Source: Schmidtea polychroa
Taxonomy: Eukaryota
DNA: 64,000 bases
NCBI GenBank assembly: GCA_044892525.1
Contig: CM097885.1
Coordinates: 122,574,001 to 122,638,000, forward strand
Direction: 5' to 3'
Under the pieces are notes generated by a model that was given only the letters and a program-made list of their open reading frames with translations, ran no database searches and was not told the DNA's origin. Below are positions 1-13,600 of the stretch, piece after piece; position 1 is the stretch's first letter, and the number at the start of each line of letters is the position of its first letter. Position numbers and translations under genes: made by a program.

Positions 1-597
1 AGAAATGGCTCTAATACACACTTGAAACACTGCTACAATTATCAGTTTCGTAATGTGACTTCTGCAGGCCTCATTTTCAGCACCGACGGNNNNNNNNNNN
101 NNNNNNNNNNNNNNNNNNNNNNNNNNNNNNNNNNNNNNNNNNNNNNNNNNNNNNNNNNNNNNNNNNNNNNNNNNNNNNNNNNNNNNNNNNNNNNNNNNNN
201 NNNNNNNNNNNNNNNNNNNNNNNNNNNNNNNNNNNNNNNNNNNNNNNNNNNNNNNNNNNNNNNNNNNNNNNNNNNNNNNNNNNNNNNNNNNNNNNNNNNN
301 NNNNNNNNNNNNNNNNNNNNNNNNNNNNNNNNNNNNNNNNNNNNNNNNNNNNNNNNNNNNNNNACCCACTATCAAAACCAGGATGTGGACATTAGTCTCG
401 TGGGAGCATTAGTAATAGTTAGTATAGTTAGTATATTTTTGTAGTCATATCATTGATATACATAGAAAAAAAGTAAGAAAATCAAGAAAACAAAAAACAA
501 GTGTTATTTCCCATCAAGCCGGCATATGACATTTCGAATTTGGAAGTGTTTCGATTAAGGTGGTCAGGAATTTTAAGGAACTATATCAGTCATAAAA

Positions 598-1117
598 GTA
601 CTTTCCGGTTATCTCGACCTCATCAAAAAATGAAGTTTCAATTATAAAAATCATTTTAAACCAATTTAAGCAATAAAAAACAGATTACTCATATAGTCTG
701 AGTTTACCAGACAAAGTATTGGACCCCCTAGGTGTACAGGCCACATGGGGACTGGTCGTACTCAACACACACCAAAAAACTTTTGAAAATGAAAAATACG
801 GCATTAAACTTCTCTAAATAAAACTAAAATTTTTTATAATATATATTTTGAAATACAAAAAATATGACTACCATTAATTGATGCACCAAATTAATTGAAT
901 TTGAACCAATTTTTAATTAATATTGCACCAAAAAATTGGTTTCGTGTGTTGAGTACGACCAGTCCCCATGTGACCTGTACCTAGGAGGTCAAAATACTTC
1001 GTTGGATAAACTCAGAATATATGATTATTCTGTTGTTTATTGTTTAAATTGGTTTAAAAAGATTTTTATAATTGAAACTGTTCATTTTTTGATGAGGTCG
1101 AGATAGCCGGAAAGTAC
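598..1117. mobile_element. Foldback/MITE-like element with ~175-bp imperfect terminal inverted repeats
   Basis: 598-770 (GTACTTTCCGGTTATCTCGACCTCATCAAAAAATGAA...GGTCGTACTCAACACAC) is the reverse complement of 944-1117, with scattered mismatches. No ORF. No clear TSD. Confidence 0.8.
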
Positions 1118-1638
1118 CCTCATAAATACTTCTATTGCTAATCTAAAGTTTGTCAAAAATAATTGAAAGCAAATATTTTTAACAATGGAATTTACACTTT
1201 TACTGATTCTCAGTCGTGTTACACAGTAACAACATGGCCAATAAAGAAGGCTGCAATATGTGTAACGTCGAAACTATAGCAACTTTAAAATATAAAGCCA
1301 TTATTCACCCAACAGTGAACAGTAGTTTAAATTTAATTAAAATCTCTTTTTCTAACCCACTCTTATGTTTAAAATTATGTTCTAATTTTAATTTACTTCC
1401 TAAATATTTATTTGTAAATTATTTCTCAAATAATAAATAATTAATAAATAATTAGTTGACTACAATGATAACAAAGTTTATCACTTGTATATTAATTTTT
1501 ATTAACACTCTTAAAATTTATATAATCTAATGTACTTTTTAAAAGTTACAATTGAATCGACCTTTTATTCTTTGTTTTAAAAAATCAATCTTATTTCAAT
1601 AAATATGAATTCTATTTAAAATAAACAATGAAATAAAA

Positions 1639-4600
1639 ATGATTAGATGCTCTAAATCGTAAGAATATTTAAATAAATTTATTTATATTAAATAAATAAT
1701 TGCATTTTTTAAGACTAATGAATCCGAGAGCTAAGCATGGAGAAGCTTATGTTCCTACATTTTATGAACATACAGCTAATATTATTACTCACTTTTTACT
1801 CATAATACCAAGCTTATTTGCATCTTTTAATCTATTTCAAAAAGCTTTAAATGACAAAGAAATTTTTGCTGTATTTATTTACTGCATGGGAATCATTTTA
1901 TTATTTCTTACGTCCACTACTTTCCATATCTTGTCTTTTAGTGGAAAATATCAGTAAGTTTTTACAACATTGAATTAAAATTTATACATTATACATTAAT
2001 TTCTAAAAATTACACAATGAAAACTGTTAATCTTCACCTCATTGCACTGTCAGTGGTGTCGCTATTTCAACTTGGAACCCAGGGTTGCTTGTACATAAGT
2101 TCTCGGTGGTTGCGTTCATAATATGTTTAGTTTCTGGCTTTTATTGAAAATATGATCCAAATTGTAAATTTTAAATAACCCACTGACGCTACTTTAATAA
2201 TTGTATTGATAGCCCGAAGAGTAAACTCCAAACCCGAATTTATGAATTATTTATGAATTTGCCTATACATTTATCCATGTTTTGTTGCACAGTGGTTTTT
2301 CTAAATTTTGCTAAAAGGTTATAATAATTTTTCTGATCAGAAATTTCTGGTGGACTTCTTTTTTTATTAGAAATTCTAAGTGCAGTTACATTAAATTCTT
2401 GTAAATTATTTACAGGTTATGGAAAGCTAACAATTCATCATTATCATTTATCAATTAAAAATTTGATTCTTTAGCTAAGTTTTCAATATAAAGCGGACTA
2501 GTGAGTGCATGACTTACATCTACCTTCATATCCCTTAATCGATTTTTAAAAATTTTAAACAAGCTATTATTTGGCGAATAAATTTCTAAAATTAAAAAAA
2601 CTAACAATTTTTATTTGTTCACACTATTTGTATTATTTAGAGTTTAGTCATTGTTCTTGAGCAATTTAACATCTCGATTCAACCGCACATTATAATTTAC
2701 AATATAATTTAGAGGATTTAATTCGGGCCTATTGTATAAAATTTAATAATTCAAGCAGACTATTGTCGGGATAACCAATAAAGGGGTTTCTAATCTCTTT
2801 CTGTGATGTATTCTGGGCATGTTTTCCACTAAACACTATTCCACCAAGATGGATTAACTTTTTCTCTTTACAATTATGATTTTTTTTCAAAATTATAAAT
2901 TTATCAGTTTTTTAAAACCTAACACCCAAAGAAATAAAGTATCCTCGAGGTAATAGCACTATGTGGAATAACCACATACTAAAACTATCCAATTAGTGAT
3001 AAAACAAGTTAATAGTACCTTAAATTTTACCTTAACGAGTATAATTCAATATTTTTAGTTATTTTATTTTCAATTTCCAATAATTTTTCTGGAATTTATT
3101 GTCCAACATAATTGAAATAATATGTTTTAAATTTCCATGCCTAAGGGTCGTAATGGATATTTTGACTGCGTGCCTACAACTAAAGTTCAATTTTTGATAG
3201 TGCAGCTGCTTCTATAAGATTTTTCTTTATGATATTCAAATATCATATTGAGACAGTTGGTTCATTCATTTTTGAAATTGAGGGTTACAGGATTCTTAAT
3301 TTATACATTAAAATTATTGCTTTGTGGTCTGTTCTAAATTTAAAAATTTCCATACATTTTTTCTAAAATGTTAGATTAGACAAAATATTGACTTTGCCTT
3401 TTTTCACAAAATTTCATACTTAATATTTCAGATTTTATACACGATTTTGATTTTTAATATCAAATTATAAAACCACATCTCATTAAAATCCTTAAAAATT
3501 CCTTATTTGAAGTTTTTTAGACTTAATTAATTCAAGTTTTCTCCCGTAACAATTAATTAACATACCAAAATTCACTCAATTTATTTTCTAATATTCAAAC
3601 AACTGATGCATTTGTAATTTTGACACTACCGTATATATTGAGCACAAATATTTAATTGATTTTACCATAATATACACAAAATATAAAGTTATTTTAATTA
3701 ATTTTTATTATTTTAATTTAAAATGAGTTTTTAAACTCCCAACAATGTAAAAGTTTTTATTTTTTTTATAATATAACGATATTAAAATTACATAATTTCT
3801 AAATAAATCCTTATATTTTGAATGAGTATAAAATTGTTGTATCTTTTTCAATAACATATCCCAAAGTACAATAACATTACAAATCACTTAATAGAGTTTT
3901 TTCACTTGTCAACAACTTAAATGTCTGCAATAAAATAAGACATGTTTAAGCACCAATTATGGTATCACAAGGTAAATTATCGCTATGAACAGTATTTTCA
4001 ATGAGCAACTTATTCCAGAAAATCAGTCAAGCTCAACAAATTCTGAAATAACAGATATATCCAGAATACCCAATCATCCACCGCAAATTTGAGGAACAAA
4101 TTTACCACTGCCAAACTCCAATAATTTCAATAATATTTATTATGTCGGTTCCAAAGGTAGAATATCATGCAGAACCCAATGGAAAAACTCATATGATTGT
4201 TATAACTTCAATTGTGTTTTTGACACTGAAATACTTGTCAACCATGCTAAACAGGTTTATGGTGTTGATATTGATGATCAAACGACAGTTATATGTCACC
4301 AATGTCGGGAAAATAGATTGGATAAACATTTTTTTATCCCAACTGTGCTTAAGAATATTGTCAATCACCTAAACTTGCCAATGCACAACATACAGGTATC
4401 AAAATGTTATCTGACCAGATCGACATAACGGATACTTATAAATATTTGCATTACTTATAATAAAAACGATAAGGTATGCAAAGAAAGCTTTCAACATGAT
4501 TCCACAATTGAGACTATACAAACGCATGTCGCCAAGGAACATCCAGAAAAACCTTTTTTCAAGGATGCGAGTGTCACATGCTATTGTGGAAAAGTTTTGC

Positions 4601-7600
4601 ATTTTAAATATATATCTAACCATATATCAACAGAGCACATTCAAGCGATTGATAATGGAGAAATCAAAAAACGATTTGTACCAGATGATGTTATATTCAC
4701 ACATCTCTAGAAATTGTATGAGGAAAACAACAATTTATGTTGATCCATGCATTGACAATGAACATTTCATGCATAACTACAAAACATTCTTTGCAGGATT
4801 CCCATTTAAAATGATTCCTGACTGGAATGAAATAGTCATCCCAGTCACTATCACTAATGTATGGAGCCTCTTTTATCTGGAGAAAAATAGAAGGTTTGCA
4901 ACCATAATTGATCCAACGTTGAATGAAAGTATTCCAGTCCATGGATTGCTTGTTGCTGAACTACTGAAGACTATATTATCATTACAGAGTATAATATTCA
5001 ATGTACATATTGTCTTAACAGAATTGATGTGTCCGAGATGTACATCATCTGCCAACAGCTCAATTTATGTCATATTTTAAAATGCCTTAATTCGAGTGTT
5101 GCGGTTACAGTGCCGGAAATTGAAATAATGAAAAAAGAAATGAAAGATATTACAATTGAAATGATAAACAGTAGAAGATCGGATGATGATATAAAAAAGT
5201 ATAGATTATTTATTTAAGACCTTATTATTCAGCTAGACAATGATCATGCTGATGTGAATCGGATTTATTAGAAATAGAAAGAATCAACTGTGGAATTAAT
5301 CCAAAAAAATATAAAATCAAAAAACAGTCTGATCCCATTCATCTGACTAAAAGATTGCTTTCGGACTAACCTGTGTAAAAAGATTCAAATTCAAAAGAAG
5401 AATTCTTAAAGTTATAGTACAAGAAATTTAATATTAGTTCCTTTGCAAGCACCAACTCTCATTTCTCATGCCCAAAAGAGTGCCTGGCCTTGTCAGTTTA
5501 GAGAGGAAAGTACCATCATGAAAACAGACTTTGAAGAGATAAAATATATAATGAGCAAATTGGAGAAATCTGCTCCTGGTAAAGATAAGATTACTTATGG
5601 TGATTGGCGAAAGATTGAACCAAACTAACATTTACTTACATCATTATTTAATTATATTCTTCGAAATAGGAAATGTCCAAATAACTGGAAAATTTTAGGA
5701 CAAGGTTAAAATTGAAACCTGAAAAGCAAGATAAAAGTCAAGAAACGGGTTCTTGGTGACTTTTGGCTATAATGGATACGGGATATAGAATTTTTGCAAC
5801 TTTATTAAACGACGGAATACCAAAATGGATAAAGATTGGAAACCTAATAGGCTCAAACCAGAAAGCAGTTAGAGCTTCTGATGGCTGTGCTGAGCATAAT
5901 TTATCAATAAAAATTGCGATTGAGAATTCGATAAGAACTCAGAGAAATTTGCACTTTATATGGCTTGATATTGCTGATATATTTGGAAGCCTACCCCATC
6001 ACATGATTTGACTTGTATTGGAAAGAATGGGAATTGATGCAGAACACTGAGGTTGTCAAAAGATATATGAGAATATAGTTATATACTATGAATGAGGAAA
6101 GAACATATAAAGCAAGACACCAATTATAAAAGGATTTAAGCAATGATGTTCAATATCAATGACATTGTTTTGTCTAACAATTGACTATATTCTTAAGAAT
6201 TTATTACACTCGAACTCCTTTCATGTGCATGATATAATCTGAGTATTTTGGCATATGCAGATGATATTGTGCTATTCAGATTCAAGAATGTTAAACTCGA
6301 AAGATGACGGCTTTAGAAAGATGGCTGTAAGCGAATTAATTTACTCTAGATTCTATAGTCTAGAGGAAGAGGATCAAGTATTGATGCCGCATATAGTTAT
6401 AACACTAGTCAGATAGTTTGCTGTCGAGTGAACTATCAAATTTTTCGAGTGAGCTTGACTCTAGGATAGAATGATGATTTTTGTTATTCCGAAAAGTAAT
6501 TGTCGAATCTAGAACGTACGTTAGAGGATAGTTTGAGAGGCCGAATAAATAATAAATTGTCAGCTATCAGAATTCTAAAATGAAATGAACTTTTCCCAGG
6601 AGTATGATTCTTGAATAATGTGACAACTTCTGCTGCTTTGGTAACGTAGTTTTAGAAATTTTGTTGAACATTTTTGGATAATTTGTATGGTTGTTAATTA
6701 TGTGTTTATTTTATTGAAATAAACTGTTTTTTTGTAAGAAGCCAAAATTAATATTCGCTAATCTAGTGATGAAAAAACTTGAAAGTTCAAATATTGAAGT
6801 TCCTAGCGAGCGTCAGTTAACCAAATTTCTGCAAACTTTAAAAGAATGCAACCATAAAAATTTGAAATCAATACGCAATCATCTCTGAAAATACGGATGA
6901 ACCATTTATTCGTTATCAACTTAAAATTGACGAAGATAAACATGAAACATTTCCGCTTAACGAATTTAACATATTTATTGAAAAGGAATTATTTCGATTT
7001 TTTGTTTCAACTCGGCGTTTGTTGTCAATATCATCAAATGCAAACTTTATTCATGCTGATAGCACATACAAATTGCTTTGGAACAAATTTTCCACCCGTT
7101 TGGTATATCACTATACACAAGTGAAAAAGAATTCGATTACCAGTTTATTTTTGAAAGTCTTCAAGTCGGAATTTTAGCTACTGAAAACTCAAAACTTCCT
7201 AACAACGGATCTTTTGGTTTGATTGCTGATGGTGCTGATTCTATTACCAATAGATTCAAAACGGTTTTTTCATTAGAATGACTTCGAACGACGAATGTGT
7301 TGGTTCCACATGAAAAAAGCTTTCGAAAATAATCTTTCGATAATAAATGATTCAAAATTACAGACTTCAATATTGAAAGATCTTGACATGTTATAACTGT
7401 CGACATCTGAGAAATCTTTTAATTTAGCAACAAAACTTTTATAGAAAAGTACAGCAAGATTTCTAATTCCAATATAAAGCCTTTCTTAAGCTATTTTCCG
7501 AATGAATCGATTGACCATCAGGTTGGATGGTATGAAGACTACTTAGAAAAAAGTCCTACAACTAACAATGGTTTAGAATCGATCAATGCAACTATAAAGA

Positions 7601-10600
7601 AAGGAGCAACGTTTCGAGAAAGAATGCCAATGGCTAACTTCATGAAAACAGTAATTATATAAGAAATTCCAAACTGGAACATGTAACTGTAATACTATCT
7701 GTACTGCTTTCTGTTTCAAAATAAAAAGTATTCTTAATTTAAGCGATATTATCGATAGATATCACATACATATTTATTACATACGCATTTACGAAAAAGT
7801 CATCAAATACTGGGAATAGTGACCTAGACATATAATTTATTTATTATACATTATTTAAATATCGTCTTGCAGATAATCATGAGTAATTTAATTCATAGTT
7901 TTTATTTAGCAATTTAAAGCGAATTTTTCATGTTGGTGACAGAACAGTTATTTATATTTTTATCGCTACTTCCTATACACCATGGTAAACTTATTAATAT
8001 TTGAAATTTGGAATTTTTAAAATTTTTAGGTTAGTTCTACGGCATTTTCATCAAAAAGTTGGTGACACATTTTTATGGTTGACTTGGATTGCAGCAGTTT
8101 TTGGAATATCTTATCAATATTTATTTTTAGAAAAGTAATGTTTGTTTTCATTAAAACCAAAACTCATTGTAATATTTAATTCATAATAATTTTTATACTA
8201 TATTTTCTGTGTTATTTTAATTAAAAATTTCATAAAATTAACGAACATTTTTTAATGATATTTGATGTTTGTATTATTTTAAGGGTAATTGTATGTTGTT
8301 TAACACTAGATTTACTGATAAAAATAGGTATACCTAATTCGATATGCGAAATGAGGGAGTTGGTAGAGGAGAGTAATTAATATTTATCTATATTTCATGA
8401 CGTATCTCAAAGCCAATATATGTATTCAAAAAATAATAAATCTGTATTATATATGTGTAGCAATAGAATTTTAAAAGAGTCAAATTGGCTCAGTCCGTAA
8501 ATCTAGTGTTAAATATTTGATATTTTGGTAAGTGCTTATTTTATAATTTTTACATTTTAATATTGTTCAATAAATCTTTGGATTTATGACGGACTCTAAA
8601 AATTAATTATGAATTTTTGAGTTATTTACAATTTTCAAAAGTGTTTATTCTATCAGTAGTCTCAATTATTTTCAAAGTAATTTTAGTTTGATAAAGAATT
8701 AAATTCTTTAATAAATGATAATGTTTAAGGTAAAATTTAAAAAATTTTTAAAAATTTTAAACCCGATAACTACTAGATAATTACTGCTTCCAATTAGTTA
8801 ATATTGGAATGAAAACTTGTAAATTATATATATCTCACCTAAGTGTTTCCCGCTAGTTTTAAGCTGTAATTATATATATGAATGTCCTTTTAAGTACAAC
8901 ATGAGTCAAACACGAAAATATAAGGTGTTAATATACAATTTCATTGCAACAAACAAGGTATAACGTCCAACAAGGTATTTAGCTGAGTACCTCTTGTTTT
9001 TCAATAATACCGTGATTAGACGTGATATGAACCTAGGAAGTTAATTGCATTGCTCGGGTGTTATTTCTGAGAACCAAGTTTCCTTTATTCGTTGATGTAG
9101 ATGATCTATTTTCTGTATGTCGCCTGTATTTACCTTTCTCTTCATATTCACCTACCAATTTTCAAGGGGATTCAAGTCGGAGCTGCAGCACCTGAAACTA
9201 CTTTAGAAACATACTATCGTCAGTAAACGTAACAACTTTCTACATGACTGCCGTCCAATCCTTGTATTTCTTTACACAAGGCTAACCGTCCTGTGTTTTA
9301 CACCAAATACCACTGAGAACCGTTTTCTAAAATATAACAAAAAAATCAATAATCTTACATTATAGAAACATACATACTTACCTTGATTTCACGTTGATGT
9401 TCGTTGAAGCTCAATGAGATACATCTTATACTATAGAAATCTGAAAAGTGGAAAAAAAATTAAAAACTGCACACAAGCACAACACATACTAAAAAACACA
9501 TACAAACTTTTGATTAGTAAAATTGTAACGCTGAGATACGTTTCTATAATAACTTTATTTTAGACAATTTTGAGAAAAAAAAAGATGGCAGAAAAATTTT
9601 TAAAATATATTTTTAATGAAAATACGTTAAAATGTCATGAAAATGACGAAATATCATCGTAAGATTTATTTTTTCAGTTAAAATGAAGTTAAACATTCCT
9701 TAGAATTTCTGATATTTCTATAGAAACGCTCCCGTTTCGCAAAGGTGAAGGAATGATGTTGTAAGATTTCTTTGAGTTATAATAAATTTATTATTTGACA
9801 GGGTTGAAGATGTTGCTGGAACGCCTGCGATGCCTGTAACCACAAAAAGAGATCATAAATTGTAAATTTTATTTATAATTTTAAAGTATATAATATTTTT
9901 TTGTATTTCGGAAATTGACAAAGTACGAATAATAAATGCCATGGAATATGGTGAAGATTATTTACACTCCGGGAAATTATTGGGGATATCGAAAAGCTCA
10001 ATAAAATCAATTGTATACAAATATAAGAAATTTGGTCATTGGTCAAAGGGCAAGATAGGTGGCAGCAAAGGAAAAATATCAGGATACAAATTGTTGGACT
10101 TCGTCGAGAATGAGAATTTACCTCCTTTCCATAAACTGCCACGTAACAAAAATGAAAATTTCTCGTTTCTTGAAAAAACCTCTCATAACAATGAAAAAAA
10201 TTAGGCCATGTGTCGCTGAACGTAATTCAAATCGAGTAATGGAAATGAGATTACAGTTTGTAACTCGATTCCTGGAAGAATGATGGAGGGTTAAGAAATT
10301 GATATACATCGATGAATGCGGGTTTAATAGCTGGACAAGCCAGAAACGGGGAAGGAACAAAAAAGATGAAAGGTTGTACAAAATCCAACCAACAAACAGA
10401 GGACCAAATATGTCCTTGGTTCTGGCAATAGGAGTCAAAGGGCCAATTCACCACAAATTAATTGTAGGATCGTATAAGAAGGATACGTACCAAACTTTTA
10501 TTTGTGAGATAACATCGAAATTTAATGAAACTGCATATCAATTCATGGAGGAGCATTATCACCGAATAATATTATTGAGCATTTACCACCATACAGCCCA

Positions 10601-13600
10601 TTTCTCAATCCAATTTAAAGCATATTTAGCAAGATAAAATTTAATATTAGGAAAAGAATATCAAGAGCTGAAATTTTGGATTTGGATCAATGTTGTTTCA
10701 ATCAAGATATGATTTCGTGAAAGAAGCCCTTGATATTGAGCTCAGAAAAGAAGATCACAAAAATTTATTTTATTCATACTGAGCGATTTTTCCCAAAATT
10801 TTTTTAAAAAAATACATTTTTGGTGATTTATTTATTTAATTAATTATAATTAAAAATATATCTGACTCACATTTTTTCGAAATAATTCCAAAATACTTAA
10901 AAATAAATGTCATAAAATTTCTAAAAAAACCCTGAAAAATAATTAAAAATAATTTATTATATTGTTGATTAAAAGTAATATTTAAGAACTTGAATGATGA
11001 TCTCATATCTCATATGGATCAAAATTCAAGTCTTAAACCTTGAAAGCCATTTGTAAAATGGCTAGAATAAATTTCCAAAATACATAAATGATGAGCAATT
11101 CAGTAAATGAATTGATAAGTGAGAAATTGCTGTACACGCCAACCACCACTATAGAGAACGTATCTCAGTGGTGTTTGGTGTAAGTGGCTTCTTGACTGGT
11201 TTAATAGAGCACATATTGAATTTATTCGCTAATCTGCTTGCAGAACTTACACATAATTCTATCTAACTCCGAAGATAAAACTTTTCTAGCGTGTAGGTAT
11301 ATTTAAATTATAAATAATTAAATGTGATTTAACCCTTTAACCACTAAAACCGTCTACAGACGGTCATCATAAAAACCCCATTCAATTCAAATCAAAACAT
11401 TTTCGCGTTCCAAACAGTAAGATCGTTTTTCGTCTGTAAAACTACACACCACAACTTGCAGGTTTGAACACGATCAAACACATGGTTTGCTTGTAACGGT
11501 AAGTTTGGTTGAGTTTGGTTTGTCCTCGTAATTTTATTTCAGTGGTTTAAGGGTTAAGTGAATAAGACAAGACTCGTGTTTTTGATAATAAAATACTATT
11601 TATTCAACAAATGTTAATGTTTGTTCTCAAAAAAGCTGCTACTTTCTTTAAGATAAAAATCGGTTATTCAAACCGTCCTCAGTAGTGCTTCCACTTTATT
11701 CATATTTATTTATATAGATATAATATACTAAAAAGTACTATATAGAAAATAAAAGTATTAAAAACACTTGTTTAAATAATCATTAGAAGAAAGAAAAACG
11801 CACGCTACAAGAAGACAGGAGATAGTAAAAGATAAAGAAGAGATGAAGAGCAGTAATAAAATGTATACCAATAATTCAGAAGCAACTTTTCATCAGTCAA
11901 ATCATCGCAGTCAAATCATTATTACCATCAGATGGAATTCAGATCACGATATCACAATTTTACACTCAATAAATTTTGAACGTTATTAATTATAATGTAT
12001 TTCATAGTAACGATAATTGGTGTAAGAAGTTCTGATAAAATAGATTAGTACAATCCGCATTTCGACACAACTACAATACCATTCAGATGGGGTTCAGTTT
12101 CTTTGAGAAGAACCGAATGGCGCCAAATGATCAATTAACCATGCAGTTTAATTCAAGGATCAACTCCAACGCAGATATGACCAATGATAAACTTCCAGAC
12201 ATTCTCATGCGTTCAGGAATAGATTTCGGTCTACCTGATAAAGACACGTACGGTACAGAAAAAATACAAAATAATTCCCAGGAAATTTCAGAATTGCTGC
12301 CAATCGATCTTCCAAAAACAATAGAACTCGAGACATTGGCGTTAGAGGCTTGTAGACAGCACTACGGACCACAATGATTGCCAAAAACGTTAGAAGTGTA
12401 ACGACGAAGAGATCAACGTCTAGTCAGTACCGAGTCGAGATTAAAGCGAGTCTTATTTAAAATATAACTTTTATGTAATATTATATTATGTAGTATTTTA
12501 TATTTATTTAGATTATTTACATTTGTATTCGTTTATAAATTTTTATATAAGCTCACCCTTGCCACATTATATTATATCATATTTATACTTATAAATTTTT
12601 ACATAACCCTGCTAAATCCTTCACGCGCAGTAGCGATTCTTTTCCCACCACCATAGTCACTTTGTCTTGACGCGTTTTGATCACAAAATACTAGAAGTCA
12701 CCGTCATCGCAGATGTACGCACCGACATTGGTACCTTTTCGCATCGACAAAACATCCTTTTACATGTCGTGCAACGAGTTCCGACTTTTGTCAATCACTG
12801 AAGTCTCTCCCAATTCAATCTTAGACGTTCACTGTTTCATCCTAGGGGCGTTCATACTGCAGAAGAACCGTCTTTCTCATCCGGCTCATCAAGCTTTTTA
12901 ATAAATACAATGTCAATTGAAAAGAAATCAGTAGTGAAATTTGAAAAAAAAGTTCTTATAATACTATATATATAATTATGATGATACTCGATATACGAGC
13001 CAAACAAATTTTTAGGCTAATTCAAATTCCATTTTTATCAAATTAATTCAATCAATACTGATTTCGAGCTCTAGATTCACATTTAATTAATATTAGTTTT
13101 TATTGATCCGGCTGTGACTAAATTCTCCAATATATTTATATTAAACTTTAAACTAATAATATATTTCTAGTAATTATTAATTTAAATTTTTATATCACAA
13201 TATTACTATATTTATCCTTTTCCTAATTATCGTAATTAACTAATTTTGTATATTAAATATTTAAAGTAATAATTTATTGGGCCATTGGCACCATTTGTTC
13301 AATAACATGAAAAATAGCAATGAAGTTTATTTTTTAATAATTAAGAATATTTGAGTTTTGTTTAAAAAAATTGCTATTTTTCATGTTATTGAAAAAATTT
13401 TCGATGTTATTTTTTCCATTATTTGAAAAATGGATGTCATTTTGGCAATTAAAAACTTTTGGATGTCATTTTTTCCATTTTTGAAAAATTGGATGTTATT
13501 TTTTCCATTATCCCTAATTTATTTACATACTCTATTTATACTAATTAAAATATCCTATTTATAATTTTCAACAAATTAACCTCACTATAGCTATTTTTAA

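Noticed and set aside
22-444. Long ORFs running through N-gaps (also 15697-15981, 22162-22558, 27869-28060, 38561-38812)
   Set aside because: They are open only because N codons contain no stops; only the flanks that fit the astacin or LLTP models were used.
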